From contig OX597832.1 of assembly GCA_951406725.2 (NCBI GenBank), positions 64,108,001 through 64,172,000 of the forward strand: a stretch of 64,000 nucleotides of DNA. Reading direction: 5' to 3'. Positions 29,153 through 42,054 of the stretch are shown here, piece by piece (the stretch's first letter is position 1; each line of letters starts with the position of its first letter). The translations under genes and the position numbers were made by a program. The stretch is from Octopus vulgaris. Lineage: Eukaryota. The notes beneath the pieces are model-generated. The model searched no databases and was not told the DNA's origin. It saw nothing but the letters and a program-made list of their open reading frames with translations.

Positions 29153-29831
29153 AATTTCTCTGAGTGCCTTCCAAAGTGAACTTAATGCGCTGCGGCAATA
29201 GTTGTGTCTGTTTAATCAGCGAGCACGTTTATTTATATTACAAGGAGAGATGTTTGCAGCACCTGTTATTGAGACGATTCAATTGCCGCTAACTTATATC
29301 ATGACGACGACATGCCACCGCCACCCCTCTCCACCACTATTAATAACAACAACAACGCCAAAACCAACAACAATGCCAAAAACAACTGCATGATCAACAA
29401 CATAAGTACATAGAAAAAAAACCAAAACACAACAAAACAAGGTCGTCCAAACGAACTGCGTATATTCATTAAGTTGCCAAGAATTTTCCCAAGCTAAATT
29501 CTCTTGCTGTATCACAGACCGAAGACTCGTTGAAACTATTTCGGTATCATTCCGATGGCATTTGGCCCAGATTTTTTTTCTTTTTCTTTTGGCATTAAAG
29601 ATTGTAATCTTGCTCCTGTCATAGTGGAAATCAAATTCTTCGCTGTGCGGCTCTTTCCATTTGTACATCTTCGGAACAAACAAAAGGATGTGCCGTAACA
29701 TCAAATTCTCGGCAAAGTTTCCTGACATCGTAACGCAGCAACACTATCATTTGGAAAGTTTGATTGCAAATTTTCATTCTAGGCGCAAAATTCTGTTCGT
29801 GATATCTTGTTGGAACTTCCAATGAAAATTA

Positions 29832-29924
<93 letters not shown>

Positions 29925-29961
29925 ATATATGTATGTGTGTGTGTGTATTCATAGACATGCG

Positions 29962-30052
<91 letters not shown>

Positions 30053-30162
30053 TATATATACATATATACTTTGACATACATTATACGTATGCGTGTGAGT
30101 ATAAATGTAAAATTGGGAATGGTTTTGAAGAAAAGAATGGAGCTAGAGACAGAAAGGACGAG

Positions 30163-30210
<48 letters not shown>

Positions 30211-30410
30211 AGAGCAAAAGAGAGAGAGAGAAAGAAAGAGAGGGGGAGAGAAAGAAATTTGTGGGTGTTAAGAAATTGTCAGCCGAGATAATCGTGTTGT
30301 ATGGGTGGAGATGAACCAGAAGAACCGAGTTCAATATGCCATTGCTGTTTATCGGACAACCAACTAATGGGGTTCAACGATAACGTTCTCACTACTATCT
30401 TCATCATCAT

Positions 30411-30498
30411 CATCATCATTGTTGTTAACGATTATCAGCAAATAATTAACCATCATCATTGTTGTTAACGATTATCAGCAAATAATTAACCATCATCA
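30411..30498. repeat. 40-bp tandem duplication
   Basis: catcatcattgttgttaacgattatcagcaaataattaac occurs twice. Confidence 0.9.
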
Positions 30499-30615
30499 TC
30501 ATCATCACTTCTATTGTTACCACCATTACCACTGCAACCATCACCAGTCATCATCGTTATGACCAACAGCGTTAGCGGTGGCGGTTCTCATTCCTAAGGT
30601 TCGAAATTTCCTTAA

Positions 30616-30661
30616 TACCCCTGATGAAGGCTGGAGAGTATATCAGACGAAACGTTGTGTT
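30616..30661 (+). ncRNA. Hammerhead motif (family 1) in a solo PLE-type repeat spanning about 30583-30735
   Basis: CTGATGA-a-ggctg(gagagtatat)cagac-GAAAC-GTT-gtgtt. The core is intact and the helices are slightly decayed. Confidence 0.7.
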
Positions 30662-30904
30662 AACAACAATATGAGGACAAATATACATCAAATGTAAATA
30701 ATGTACATAATTCCTCATCTCTTAAATATAGAGCTGGACCCACTATACTGATAAGGTTACACCAAACACTTGCATCACAGCCATATGTGCGCGACATGGT
30801 GATCTCATATCAAGATAATCAACACATAACTTTGCACATAGGGCCCAGTTACAATTTTCTTCAGGTCGACTATCCTATCTCTCTCAAAAGATCACTGATT
30901 GTTA

Positions 30905-31074
30905 TTATTATTCTATGTTTGACTTTTGCTTTATATTTGTACAAGTTGGCTCCAAGTCTCACCCAGAGACCTCAAGAGACAACAGGGTTGGAAGTTCATG
31001 TTGTTGTTATGCCTAGTGTGCCATATATTTGGGGGGTGGGGATGTTGTACTAATGAATGTCTAAAAAGAAAAAA

Positions 31075-31111
<37 letters not shown>

Positions 31112-33640
31112 CGAAAATTATGTTTGTTTTAAACCTTGAGATTACATAGAGAGTATTTTGCGTAGGATATGAGCAGTTCCCATGAGCACTATCTTTTGAA
31201 CTTCTGCCATTTTTGGGTTTCCTGGTATCTGAGTTAGGTAGCTATCAGCCCCTTTTGCTATCATTCCCAGGGCACCTATGACAACAGGTATTGTTTTAGT
31301 CTTCAGCTTCCACATTTTGCTGATTTCTATTTCAAGATCTTTATATTTGCTCAGTTTTTGGTAGGTCTTGACAGATACGTTTATATCGATTGGGACAGTC
31401 ATATCAATGAGGAGGCATGTTCTTTGTTTGAAGTTTTTCAATATGATGTCTGGCCTATTTGCATCTATCTTCCTGTCAGTTTGAATGGTGAAGTTCCAGA
31501 GGAGTGAGATGTGGTCATTTTCAAGCACTGGGGGTGGTTTGTGTTCCCACCAGTTTTTTTCATGGGGCAAATCCAGGTTTTTACAGATTACCCAGTGAAT
31601 ATATTGTGCAGCTCTATCGTGCCTGTTGAGATACTCTGTAGGCGCTAGAAGACTGCACTTGGAGACCACATGGTCAATGGTTTCATTTTGTTGCTTGCAT
31701 ACACGACACGTTGGACTGCTTCTGATCTTTAATATGTTGGCCTGGTAGTTTCTTGTTGGTAGGCATTGATCTTGAGCTGCTATGATAAACCCCTCTGTTT
31801 CAGATTTTAAGCCAGAGGCCATTAGCCATTGATGGGTCAGGGCTTTGTCGATATCTGCATTATTCGCTCTCTTTGGGTATTTGCCATAGAGAGGTTTTTC
31901 TTGCCATTTATTATTCAGAATATCTAAGGCCGCAGTTTTGGCACGGGTTTTCATGCGCCTAGCTTTTTCTGTGCTTGTTTCTTGTATATCTATCTCTAAT
32001 TCCGAAATTGGTTGTATTCGGAATTCACTTAGATATTCCTTTGCCTGTTTTGTGACTGAGTATGATGCTTTCTTGTTTTCATGTTTTGAGACAAGTTTTA
32101 GCATCCAGTCCTCAGAGTTTTCAGGTAGGTGTCTAGGCCAATTGTAGCAATCTTCATTGTTATTGTCAGTTGCAAAAGACCACGGCCTCCCTCTTTTCTT
32201 GGCAGATAGAGTCGTTCTGTATCTGCCTTAGGGTGGTGCATTCTATGCATTGTCAACAGTTTCCTTATTTTTCTGTCGAGCTGACATATTTCAGTAATTG
32301 ACCAGTTAACAATATTGAAACTGTAAGTCACGACTGGTATAGCTAATGCATTGATTGCTTCGATCCTGTTTCTTGCATTCAGCTCTGTCTTGAGTATTGC
32401 TCTCACTCTTCGATAGCATTCTCTCCTGATCCTTTCCTTCATCTCTGAATGCCTTATTCCGTTCCCTTCAATTATCCCTAGGTACTTGTAGCTCTCCGCT
32501 GGGTCTAGTTCTTTTATGACATTCTGTTGGTCAAGGTTAACGTTAGATGTTTCTGTCATTTTTCCTTTGATAAAGGTAGCCTTTGCACATTTATCGAGGC
32601 CGAATTGCATTCTGATGTCGTCACTGAATTGTTTGACTATCGCTAGTAAGCCCTTGAGTTGTTGATCATTTTTTGCAAAAAGCTTTAAATCATCCATGTA
32701 AACGAGATGATTTATATTTTTATCAAACATTTTATACCCGTACTGCGCGTCATTGAGCAGCTTTGAGAGAGGTATTAAGGATAAACAAAAGAGGAGTGGT
32801 GACAGTGAGTCACCCTGGAAAATGCCACACGAAATTTTTACATCACCAGCATTTAGGGATTCACTGTCACTGTTCAGAGTTAGTGTGGTTCTCATACTTA
32901 CAGTCAAGAAGTTTCGCAGAGTTGGTGCTATCTTATACATTTCAAGGCATTTCCTAATCCAGCTATGTGGTAGGCTATCAAAAGCCTTTTTATAGTCTAT
33001 CCAGGCTATTGATAAGTTTTTGTGTCGTTTGTGACAATCTTCTAAGATCATTTTATTGATGAGTAGTTGGTCTTTACAGCCGTAGGATCCACGTTTACAT
33101 CCTTTCTGTTCATTAGGGAATATGCTGCTGTCTGTTAAAAAACTATAGGTATATTCCGTCAGGACAGATGTTAGTGTTTTGTACATAGTTGTTAAGCAAG
33201 TTATGGGTCTATAGTTTTTTGGTTCATTTGTTTCTTCTCTTTTTGGAAGCAGGAATGTTAACCCATTAACTAGCCAAGGAGGCATCCTACTAGGTTGTTG
33301 CAAAACATCATTGTACAGTTCTGTTAGCAGTTCATGGCTCTCTGGGAAGGCATTCAGCCAGAAGTTAGGAATTTTATCCTTTCCTGGAGACTTCCATTTG
33401 CTTGACCTCCTGAGAGCAGATCTTATATCTTCTACCTTGACACCCTCCCACTTTTGCTCTTCTAAGGGGTCCAGTTCTGTAGATATTCTGTCAATCCAGG
33501 GGCCTTTTCGTTGTGTGTTTTTTCTTCTGCCCAGATTTTATTCCAAAATCTCTGCACTTCTTCTTTTGATGGTACAGACCCTGCAGTAAACGCTGTTTTT
33601 CCCATCTTCCTGTAAAAATTCTTGGTGTTATTTTTGAACA
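30905..33640 (-). mobile_element. 5'-truncated R4/Dong-clade non-LTR retrotransposon (RT, CCHC, RLE), well preserved, inserted in (TAA)n
   Basis: RT motifs WIDYKKAFDS, GIFQGDSLSPLLF and YMDD; zinc knuckle CRVC...HVVSKC; RHD; RPDII...LIDM...K..KY endonuclease. Sense-strand AAT repeats at both junctions. Confidence 0.95.
31142..33303 (-). pseudogene. Frameshifted RT-RLE polyprotein of the Dong-like element (ORFs 32098-33303 and 31142-32104)
   Basis: Two long ORFs overlap at a frameshift near 32110. There is further frameshifted coding sequence up to about 33640. Confidence 0.92.
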
Positions 33641-33660
33641 TGTTATTATTATTATTATTA

Positions 33661-33710
<50 letters not shown>

Positions 33711-33781
33711 GTTGTTGTTGTTGTTGTTGTTATTATTAAGGCGGCGAACTAGCCTTAAATAAAAATAATAATAATAATAAT

Positions 33782-34875
33782 ATACAGAAAGACAAAGAAC
33801 TCGACCCAAAACGTGACACAGACAGACTGCATGTACCAAGTAAAAGAGGAGGAAGAGGACTGATTGGATGCGAACACAGCTCAACGCAGAAGAAAGCAAC
33901 ATAGCATGGTATGTAAAAAATGCCACAGAACCGCTATTATTGGAAGCAAGAAGATCAGGCTTGTGTAGGATAGAGGATTGCAAAGATAAAGCACTGTACA
34001 AGCACTTGAGAATGAATGAAACTTAAAATAGGTGGATAAAGTAAAGAATGCATGGACAATTTCATAGGGATGTTGAAGATGAGACAGACAGAAAAAAAGA
34101 TGGCTATGGATGACTAAAAGTGATTTAAAACCAGAAACGGAGGCTCTAATCTGTGCTGCCCTAGAGTAAGCATTAAGAACCAGTTACATCAAATACAGAA
34201 TAGACAACACATCAGAAAGTGATAAGTGTAGAATTTGTGGACAAAATGGTGAAACCGTATGGCATATTACCAGTCAATTGCACGCCACTATCCCAGAAAG
34301 AATATAAGAGACGTCATGACAACATACCAAGGATTGTCATTGGACCCTTTGCAACAAGTATGGACTTGACAGAGCAAAAAATTGGTACGACCACAAACCT
34401 GAAAGCATCATCGAAAATAATAATGCAAAGACCCTATGGGATTTTATGATTCGGTGCAACCATGGGATAGAGAATAGGAAACCAGACAGTGTTAATTGAG
34501 AAAGAATGCAAACGATGCTGGATCATAGATGTAACATGCCCAGCTGACAACAAGGTATGCGATAAGGAAGAAAGAAAAGTCGATAGACATGACAGGTTAG
34601 CTTAGGGAGATAAACAGTTGTTATCGCTGTAAAAGGTGGTAGTAATACTAATAATTGTCGGAACCCTGGGAACAGTGAGTAAAAATCTTGAGAATTAAAT
34701 GGAACAAATAGGAGTTGCAATAAGAGTGGAGCACTTGCAGAAAAACAACACTGCTTGGAACCGCTCGAATACTTCGGATGGTGCTCGAAAAATAAGGGGT
34801 GTTACCTTAGTTCACTGGTAGTGAACAGTTGACACTGTAGTACATCTCCAGCGTTAGAAGCTGTGCAAAGACAAT
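33782..34875 (+). mobile_element. Second R4/Dong-like family, decayed 3' portion
   Basis: Plus frames give HGQF, DLKPETEALICAA, KCRICG...ETVWHI, KEYKRRHDN, LWDF and NRKPD. Flanked by (AAT)n on both sides. Confidence 0.9.
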
Positions 34876-34947
34876 TTAGTAATAGCAATAATAATAATAA
34901 TGATGTTAATATTATCATTGAGTGAGAGAGCAATGCATGCCATCAAT

Positions 34948-35015
<68 letters not shown>

Positions 35016-36075
35016 GTTATTATTATTATTTGTGGTATTTCTTCCGGATTTTATGTTTTGTGTTCAAGTCCCGCCGAAGGAAACTTTGCTTGTCATCCTT
35101 CTGGGATCAATAAAATAAAAATAAAAAGTATCAGTAAAATATCGAGGTCGATTTAATCGATTATTCCACTCCCTTACCAAATATCTGCCACCTGTACCTA
35201 TGTTAGAAAAACATTATTATTAATATCCATTTTCGCAATTTTTTCAAAAACAGGGTGCGAATTAATGGTTATTGCAAATTGGCTGCAGTCGCTTCATTAA
35301 GTCTTTGATGTGATTTGGTGTGTTTCGGAGTGAGATACAAGGTTAAAGAGATGTTACAGCAATTTGCATCCTCTCCCCAGCCATCCTGACTCACACCCAC
35401 TCATCCATCCACAATGATCAGCATCATCGTCATCATCAGTATCATCATCATGATCACGATCATCATCAGCTTCATCATCATCATCATCATCGTCATCATC
35501 ATCCTCATCCACATTCAGTCCTATTTCCGTTGCCAGTCACCTCCCACTCCTCACATACACTTACCCCTCACCCACCACGGTGTAACTCAATACCCAACCT
35601 CCTACCTTTGTCTTCAGAAGATTAACTCTGCGAAAATTAGACAGAAAAGTAATATTAATCTTTACCCCCGCCCCACCCCGCAGCCCAACCATTCCATTCA
35701 TTCTTTCGCTGCTCTTACTTTCTTCCTCTTGTTGTTGCTGTTCTTTTTTCCCCCTCTCTCTCTCAATCTTTCTCTCTTTTGCTCTTTGTTCTTAATATTT
35801 GTTGTTTCATGTCTTGTGAAACAAACGCTTCCCCCACCCCACTATTCACCTCCCCCACCCCTTCAGCTCGGCAATCACAATCACAACAACAAAAATAAGA
35901 GCGACTACAGCAGTAACGACAATAAACAACAGCAACTGAGGCTGCATAAAGGTGCGGGAATAATAACAATGATGAGGATGAAGCTGGTGTTGATGATGAT
36001 GATGATGACGAAGAATAAGAATGCATGAGAAAGAAGAATTAAAGAAGTTTGGATGAAGAATAAACAAAGATAAGA

Positions 36076-36114
<39 letters not shown>

Positions 36115-36124
36115 TTCAATTTTT

Positions 36125-36742
36125 TTCCACAAGGGCAGCTTGAGGGAGGAAGGGGATTAGTCGACTGTATCGATTCCATTGTTCAACTGATACTTATTTT
36201 ATCGACTCCCCCTAAAGAATAAAATGCAAAGTCGTCTTCAGCGGAATTTGAACTCAGAACGTAGCGACGGGGGAAATACCTATTTCTTTACTACTCACAA
36301 AGGGCTAAACACAGAAGAGACAAACAAGGATAGACAGACAGATTAAGTCGATTATATCGATCCCAGTCCGTAACTGGTACTTAATTTATTGACCCCGAAA
36401 GGATGAAAAGCAAAGTCGACCTCGGCGGAATTTGAACTCAGAACGTAACGGTAGATGAAATACCACTAAGCATTTCGTCCGGCGTGCTAACGTTTCTGCC
36501 AGCTCTCCGCCTTCATAATAATAATAATCCTTTCTACTGGAAGCACAAGCTTCAAACTTAGGGGAAAAGATTAAGTCAATTACATCGAAACCAGTGTGGA
36601 ACTGGTACTTAATTTAGCAACCCCGAAAGAAAGAAGGGCAACGTCGGCCTCGGCGGAATATGAACTCAGAACGTAAAAGCGGACGTAATGCCGCTAAGCA
36701 TTTTGCCTGGCATGCAAACGATTCTGCCAGCTCATTATCTTC
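36125..36742 (-). mobile_element. Tandem SINE family A copies (dimer plus monomer)
   Basis: Repeated gatgaaa.gcaaagtcgacctcggcggaatttgaactcagaacgt units separated by (AAT)n. Confidence 0.85.
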
Positions 36743-36984
36743 ACAACAACAATAATAATAATAAAGTAACTTGATTGTGGAGTCTAAAAAACAAACAATT
36801 CCTATTATAGTAGCCGCATTTGGTATGATAAATAGTATTCAGACAAATACATAACAAAAACATGAGGGACTAACAAGTATATATAACACATCCTACGTAA
36901 AACACTTTCAATACAGTAAAAATAAGAGCATCACAACAAACCACTGCACACAACCTAATAATAATAATAATAATGATAATTCTT

Positions 36985-37179
36985 TCTTCTGGAGGCACAA
37001 GGGGAGGGGACTAGTCGAATACATCGACCTCAGTGTTTCACTGTTACTTAATTCGTCGACCCCGAAAGGATGAAAGGCAATGCTAGACGTCAACAAAATT
37101 TAACTCAGAATGTAAGGAAGCGGCAGAAATGCCGCTACTCTTGTAGTCTGGCCTACTTACGGTTTTGCCAGCTTATCGC

Positions 37180-37234
<55 letters not shown>

Positions 37235-37480
37235 GTCAATCCTTTTTAAAATAATAATAATAATTATGATGAATATATGATGATTTCAAATTTTGGCAGA
37301 AGGCCAGCAATTTCAGGGAAGAGTGCAAATCGATTACATTGACCCCAGTACACAACTGGTACTTATTTTATCAACCCCGAAATGATGAGAGGCAAAGCCC
37401 ACCTCCGCGGAATTTGAAATCAGAACGTGAAGTCAGAGGAAATGCAACTAAGCACTTTGCTTTGGATGCTAATGATTCTA
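36985..37480 (-). mobile_element. Two further decayed SINE family A copies
   Basis: Core matches at about 37050-37090 and 37360-37425, with an (AAT)n spacer. Confidence 0.75.
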
Positions 37481-38756
37481 AAGCTTTCTTTTATTAGCCA
37501 TAAGAGCATAGATCAAGAATACGTGTATGACAACAAGTGCAATAGATTTACGCTACTAATGTGTTTGGGAAATGCATGAATATTACAATAAGCGAATTCT
37601 CAGCATTCTGTTAGAGAATTGGTAGCTGAAAAGCCTAATGAATCAAAGACAGACATTCAAAGTTAGCAACAATAACGTCATCATTTCCAACAACATCGAC
37701 TATAAAATCGTTGTATTGAACTAACAACAAAAAGCACAATGGAATCTTAGTAATAACCATAACAACAAGACAACAACAACGACAGTTTGTAATTCCCACT
37801 AAACACCAAAGGCAGGAACAATAACAACAGCAAAAAAAATATGTGCACAAAAATAGCAGTTTGTCAGTGCAATAAATTGCAATAAAGAACGTGTAACAAC
37901 AATAACAACAACATCAATGGCAGTTTGCGGAACTAAAATATTCTGACGGTAGAATAGCAACAACACGAATATCAAAAACAAAATCAACTAAAGCGGCCGC
38001 AACAACAAGAAGAACAGCAGCAACATCAACAAAGTGACAATGGTAACAACAAAAACAGACAAAAAAAAAAGCGAAAATACGGTTGTGTGGTTAAGGTGCT
38101 CGCTTTGCAGCTACGAGGTTTCGGGTTCAGTCCCGCAGCACAGCACCTTGGGCAATTTGAGAAGTTATCTGCTTCTACAGTTCCGGGAGGAACAAGCAAT
38201 ACCTTGTGAGCGAATTTGGTAGACGGAAACTGTGTGGATGCCCGTCATGTATATGTGTGTGTGTATGCCATCGGGTTTGTTCCCCGGACACAACTTGGCA
38301 ATAAGTGTATGTTTACGCTCTCGTAACTTTCTGGTTTGGACTCATCTGCCGATCTGCTAAGTTACAGGGTCGTGAACAAATTAACGCTGGTTGTCAAGTG
38401 ACGGTGCTGTGACAGACAAAAATGCATCTCCACACACACACACATAAATAAAGATAAGATCCAAAGATCAAAGTGTAGGAAGTTGGTAAGCTTCGAGCAG
38501 TCCCTTGAAAGCATAGAAAAACATTCAGGAACAATAATGGCTTCTTGATGTAGAAAGTGGTAAATTTTTCCGATATTGAAGTTCGATAAGCTGAAAAAGG
38601 TTATTTTATAGTTCACAGTAAGCAGCAGGGTTAGCTGTGTATGCGAATAAAAATCCAATATTAGGAAGTGGAATAAATAAAATCCAGGATACATATGCTT
38701 CATAGCTATGAAACATATGTAGTCTGTATTTTATCTACTCCATTCCCTAATACTGG

Positions 38757-38827
<71 letters not shown>

Positions 38828-38925
38828 CGGGAAGCTTTATGAAAATAGACAAAAGACGAAGGCAGGTGGAAAACAAACAAACAATTGTATTAGTATGGCG
38901 CTCAGGAAATATAAATAAAACAAGT

Positions 38926-38961
38926 CTTTAACGTTTCGAGCCTACGCTCTTCAACAGAAAG
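38926..38961 (-). ncRNA. Minimal hammerhead motif (family 2; CUGUUGA core)
   Basis: Reverse complement cttt-CTGTTGA-a-gagc(gtag)gctc-GAAAC-GTT-aaag. Confidence 0.78.
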
Positions 38962-39130
38962 ATACACAGAGAGAAAAAAAACACAGAAAGAAGGAGAGAA
39001 AAAAATGCGTGCAGTAACTAACGAATCAACATGGCGATCTGATTTCGGCCAGAAGTCAAAGATCAAACATGAGACGCGAGAGCGAAATAAGGGGAGATAA
39101 TAGGGTTGATAATAGGGTTGAATGACCACC

Positions 39131-39476
39131 TATTAGTGCGTAGGAGGGGTCTGGACGTGTGTATGTGTAGGGTTGGTGTATGTATTAGTATGTATTAGTA
39201 TGTATAAGGGTGTGTGTGTGTGTGTGTGTATGAGAGAGTATTAGTGCGTAGGATAGGTCTGGACAGGCGTATGTATGGGGTTGGTGTATGTATTAGTATG
39301 TATTAGTATGTATTAGTACGTATTAGTATGTATAAGTGTGTGTGTGTGTGTATGAGAGAGTATAAGTGCGTATGAGGGGTCTGGACGTGTGTATGTATAG
39401 GGTTGGTGTATGTATTAGTATGTATTAGTATGTATTAGTACGTATTAGTATGTATTAGTTGGTGTATGTATTAGTA
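39131..39476. repeat. About 110-120 bp tandem repeat (3 units) with nested tattagtatg decamers, inside the PLE 3' region
   Basis: Recurrent gtgcgtagga..ggtctggac...ggttggtgtatgtattagtatg. Confidence 0.85.
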
Positions 39477-40124
39477 TGGCACATCATATATGATGTGATG
39501 TGTAAAGTCGTGTGGTGTAGTGAGGAAAAGAGGGGGGGAGAAGAGGGGGAGAGGGGGAGGGGAAGAAGAGGGGGAAGAGGAGAGGAGGGGGAGGAGGAGG
39601 GGGAGGAAGGAGGAAAGAGGGGGAGGGGGAGAGAGAAGGGGAGTGAGGGAGCAGAGGGAAGGGGAAGAGGGAAGGAGAAAGAGGGAAGAAGGGAAGGGGA
39701 GTAGGGGTGAAAGGATGAAGGACTGAAGAAGTAGGGGTCGGGGGAAGGATAGGTGAGGAGGGGGAGAGGGGGGTTAGATGAGGAGGAGGGAGAGTTGAGA
39801 CCAAATGGCGTATAAGAGCGAAGAGAGAAGATTAATTCCTGTTCACGGCGTAAACGGGAAACCGGATGGCCTCTGTGTAAGGACAAACCGAACACAGATA
39901 GGTGTTGCAAGGAGTGACCGGTGGAGCGGAAATGGCGTGAGACCGGTGTGTCGTTCGCAAGGTGGATGTCACGAAGGTGTTCATATATATATATATATAC
40001 TGTATATAAAGGATGCAGTACCGCACCAATAACCAGCTAGCGGAAGATCTGCCTGGGATTAAATGATAGTAACATGGAACAACCATTGGTGTGGTAATTG
40101 ACTTTACTTGATCATATCTGTTCA

Positions 40125-40165
<41 letters not shown>

Positions 40166-40321
40166 CTAGTAGGGGGACCGAACCCCTACTATTCTCTAGC
40201 AGACAACAGGATCGCGAGACTGACTCAGTTTCAAGCTCCCTGGCCTATCTTCAGTCGGATTACCTGGTCACCAGAGCGATACCCAGGGTCCGCTCCAGCT
40301 AGCAATATATTGTAAACAAAG

Positions 40322-40485
40322 CGATCATTTACATTATTTACAATATTTACATTTGACGGATATTTGTCCTCATCCTGTTTATTGTTAATAGAACATTTCG
40401 GCTGATATACTCTCCAGCGTTCATCAGGTGTCTAGGGGGAAATTTCGAACCTGGGGTTCTCATTCCTAAGGTATTTTTTCTTTTG

Positions 40486-40549
<64 letters not shown>

Positions 40550-40722
40550 TCACTGCTTGAAATAGAACTCGAAATCTCGGGGTTAGTAGCCCGTGCTCTT
40601 AACCACTACGCCATATGCCCGTGGCTGGAGGGTATATCAGCCGAAACGTTGTGTTAACAACAAGATGAGGAGAAATATCCGTCAAATGTAAATAATGCAA
40701 ATAACTCCTCATCTCTTAAATA
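40322..40722. mobile_element. Inverted pair of family 1 PLE-type repeats around (TAT)n and a tRNA-like segment
   Basis: Minus arm 40322-40485 carries an HHR (reverse complement gacac-CTGATGA-a-cgctg...cagcc-GAAAT-GTT at about 40385-40432). Plus arm 40624-40722 has only the HHR 3' half. Confidence 0.75.
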
Positions 40723-41029
40723 TGAAAAGCGATCATTGTCCACTGATTTGCAACAAGCTAGTTGTAAAGTCTGAAGAATAGATAAGAACACTCTTCTTGA
40801 GATTATATATGCTGTATATATGATTATCAAGTTATATAATGTCGACAAAATATATTCTTTTCCGTGCAGGAAATAGACAATCTCCCTCATCAATGTTTTT
40901 ATACTCCATACTCTCTCCCTCTTTTTCTCTTCTTGTGCCGTATATACCGGCGTCGCCAATCCTGGACCTCCATACCAAAATCTGAAGTTTCATGAGTCTT
41001 CTTGGCAAAAAAAAAAAAAAAAAAATCTT

Positions 41030-41355
41030 CAGCAATGTGTGCTTTCCCAACCGCACGGTTCAAGGTTCAGTCTCACTGTGTGGCAACTTGTGCAAGTGTC
41101 TTCTACCATAGCTTTGGGTCGGTCAAGTCCTTGTGAGTGGATCTGGTGGCCGGAAACTGAAAAAAGCCCGTCGTGTATATGCATAAACCTGTGTTGGTGT
41201 GTTTACGTCTCCGTATCTCAGTATTTCGGCATAAAGATTCATGGAATAAGTACCAGGCTTAAAATCGAGTACTCGTGTTGACTGTTTCGATAAGGGAAAC
41301 TTCAAGGCTGTGCCACAGCATGGCCGCAATCTAATGACAAACAAACGATAAACGA
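41030..41355 (+). mobile_element. SINE family B
   Basis: cccaaccgcacggttcaaggttcagtc...caagtgtcttctac...cagcatggccgca. Confidence 0.8.
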
Positions 41356-42003
41356 ATATGGTTTTCTGTTGGCTTATTCCAGTTTATTTACAATTTACTT
41401 GTCTCCTGTTCTCTTGAGCCTACTCTTGAGGCACAGGGCCTATCTAACTGCTAGGCAGGAGAACCATCTTCCGTGACATCAGGGCATATGTATACATCAT
41501 TAGGCCTGGGTGACACGTATTTGGGGCCAGCTATCCAGTCCTATACGTTTTGGTCATAAGACAATCTTCTGCTATTTGACTGATAAATGGGGCCTTCAAC
41601 GGGTTCTACTATTATCCCGAGCCACAATAGACTTGGAGGTCGTGGTTGGAAAGGGAAAACGCCCCACACTTCCCAAAACTCTCGAAATTCAGGACCGAAG
41701 CATCACCAACAATTTAATGGTATCGAATTTGTTGTGAGTAAAACAATGAAGTTTCATGAAATTTCATATCTTGCCAACGGTTAAATTCCATATCACTGAA
41801 GCCGAAATATTCTAATGGCTTTAGATGTTGATAAACATTTCCCTAACACACAGACACACAACTAGATACATTCTCCTTAATTACATTAATTATCATTTAA
41901 CGCTGAAAGCCGCATCTATACCGAAAGTATTTCATGAAATCATTCTGTAAAGCTTGCACCACAAAATTATAAATTGCAAGTTTTACTGTGTAATTAAACT
42001 CAC

Positions 42004-42054
42004 ATGCGTAGACAAGTGCGTCGTTGGCGTCGTTGCTGAATCGTAGAGTAGCAG
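42004..42054 (-). CDS. Candidate 51-nt symmetric exon, reading frame undetermined
   Basis: Strong acceptor cttttggtcttttag and donor AT|GTGAGT. All three frames are open, with no diagnostic motif. Confidence 0.25.

Larger units (their letters stand above)
38828..39984 (-). mobile_element. 5'-truncated Penelope-like element: GIY-YIG endonuclease C-terminus, low-complexity 3' region, and terminal repeat with hammerhead
   Basis: Minus frame EHLRDIHLANDTPVSRHFRSTGHSLQHLSVFGL...RLRREQELIFSLRSYTPFGLN (typical PLE R..RE...I..L....P.GLN ending). The terminal repeat resembles 22380-22510. Confidence 0.9.

Noticed and set aside
33462-34001. 179-aa minus ORF with poly-N
   Set aside because: A chimera of antisense LINE sequence, (AAT)n and the truncated 5' end of the Dong-like element.
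35414-36028. 204-aa plus ORF with a hydrophobic N-terminus
   Set aside because: Built from (CAT)n, (AAC)n and pyrimidine-rich low-complexity sequence; no domain.
38470-38590. Minus frame YRTSISEK after a good acceptor; similarly ERNYILMAVVKYGYPEPL at about 44930-45003
   Set aside because: Short motif resemblance only, with no convincing donor; insufficient support for a feature call.
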